Source: Raja brachyura (taxonomy: Eukaryota). Taken from it: a stretch of 64,000 bases of DNA. Positions 63,208 through 64,000 of the stretch are shown here, piece after piece. The notes under the pieces were generated by a model that searched no databases, was not told where the DNA came from, and saw only the letters and a list, made by a program, of their open reading frames with translations. The first letter of the stretch is position 1; the number at the start of each line of letters is the position of its first letter. The stretch spans positions 10,292,001 to 10,356,000 of the forward strand of contig OY740814.1 in assembly GCA_963514005.1 (NCBI GenBank), read 5' to 3'. A program made the position numbers and the translations under genes.

Positions 63208-63371
63208 GCAACCATGGGCTGTGATTGGAATTCTTGGTGAATTAATTGCTATGGAAGACAAACAACTGTACCAGCCTAATGGGTCAACCGGTATGGCTGT
63301 AGTAAGAAGAGACTTTCAGACGTATGATGGGATTCATTTCACAGTCACTGCTTTCAGTGAATGGGTGAGAG
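63208..63371 (+). CDS. CEMIP-family (TMEM2/CEMIP2-like) hyaluronidase, GG-domain exon; gene continues beyond window
   Basis: Acceptor tactttag|G. Encodes QPWAVIG..RDFQTYDGIHFTVTAFSEWVR. Donor G|GTAAGT, 164 nt, phase 2-1. Confidence 0.93.
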
Positions 63372-64000
63372 GTAAGTCTAATCAGCAGTTTTGTGTTTTT
63401 GAGGTTTACATTAGGTCTTTTTTAGGGTCATTACTACAGTCTGCTATGACCAGAGATGCATGTAAGCGGAAGGGCATACGATTATAAGACATGGAAGCAG
63501 AATTCAGCCATTTGCCCTGTCGAGTTTGCTGAGCCATTTGATCATAACTGATCTATGTTTCCCTCTCAACCCCCATCTCCTGCCTTCTCCCCATCACCGT
63601 TGACACCCTTACCAATCGAGAATCTATCAATTTCCACTTTAAAAAATATCTATTGTACAGGTATACCTGATTCTCAATTCTGCCTTTTCTCCCTTCACTG
63701 ATTAAGTGAAAACATATTTTATTTGTAGAAGAACACAAGCATTTATGCAAACAATTGAGAAACTTAATTGCAGATATTTGAAGCCAGGTGTCCTGCAAAT
63801 GATTGGAATTTAAAAAGATAACAAAAGTTGAGAAACATATCAAAAAGGGGGTGGTGTGCTGGGTGTGGTATGTGGGCTGATGGCATCATGCTGTATTTCT
63901 TTGATTATAACTATAAGAGTAGAGAGGTTAAAGTTTGGTATGCAGAGTATTGGTGAGACTACGTCTGGGGTACTGTGTGCCATATATGTCTTACTTATTT

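Overview
This is vertebrate genomic DNA, very probably from a cartilaginous fish (skate, ray or shark), judged from HE1/V-SINE-like, CR1-like and Penelope-like repeats. It is not prokaryotic, so most ORFs in the track are spurious or exon fragments. Two recognisable spliced genes lie on the + strand. The first is a complete 3-exon ABHD17C depalmitoylase (14491-29798, 286 aa). The second is the 5' part of a CEMIP-family G8-domain hyaluronidase (exons from 61407), which looks more like TMEM2/CEMIP2 than CEMIP although it occupies the post-ABHD17C position. Between them I find an unrecognised transcription unit: a CpG-rich promoter at ~34.5 kb and phase-compatible exons at 37226-37578, 45048-45530 and 48860-49023. 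These encode a type II membrane protein with a furin-like site and an unknown helical ectodomain. The same exons can alternatively splice in frame onto the hyaluronidase G8 exon, which also has its own TATA promoter at 60757. Other notable elements are two G-rich minisatellites next to CpG-island promoters, young Penelope-derived insertions carrying minimal hammerhead-ribozyme motifs, MITEs and a hAT remnant. Repeat boundaries are approximate; exon boundaries were read from splice signals.
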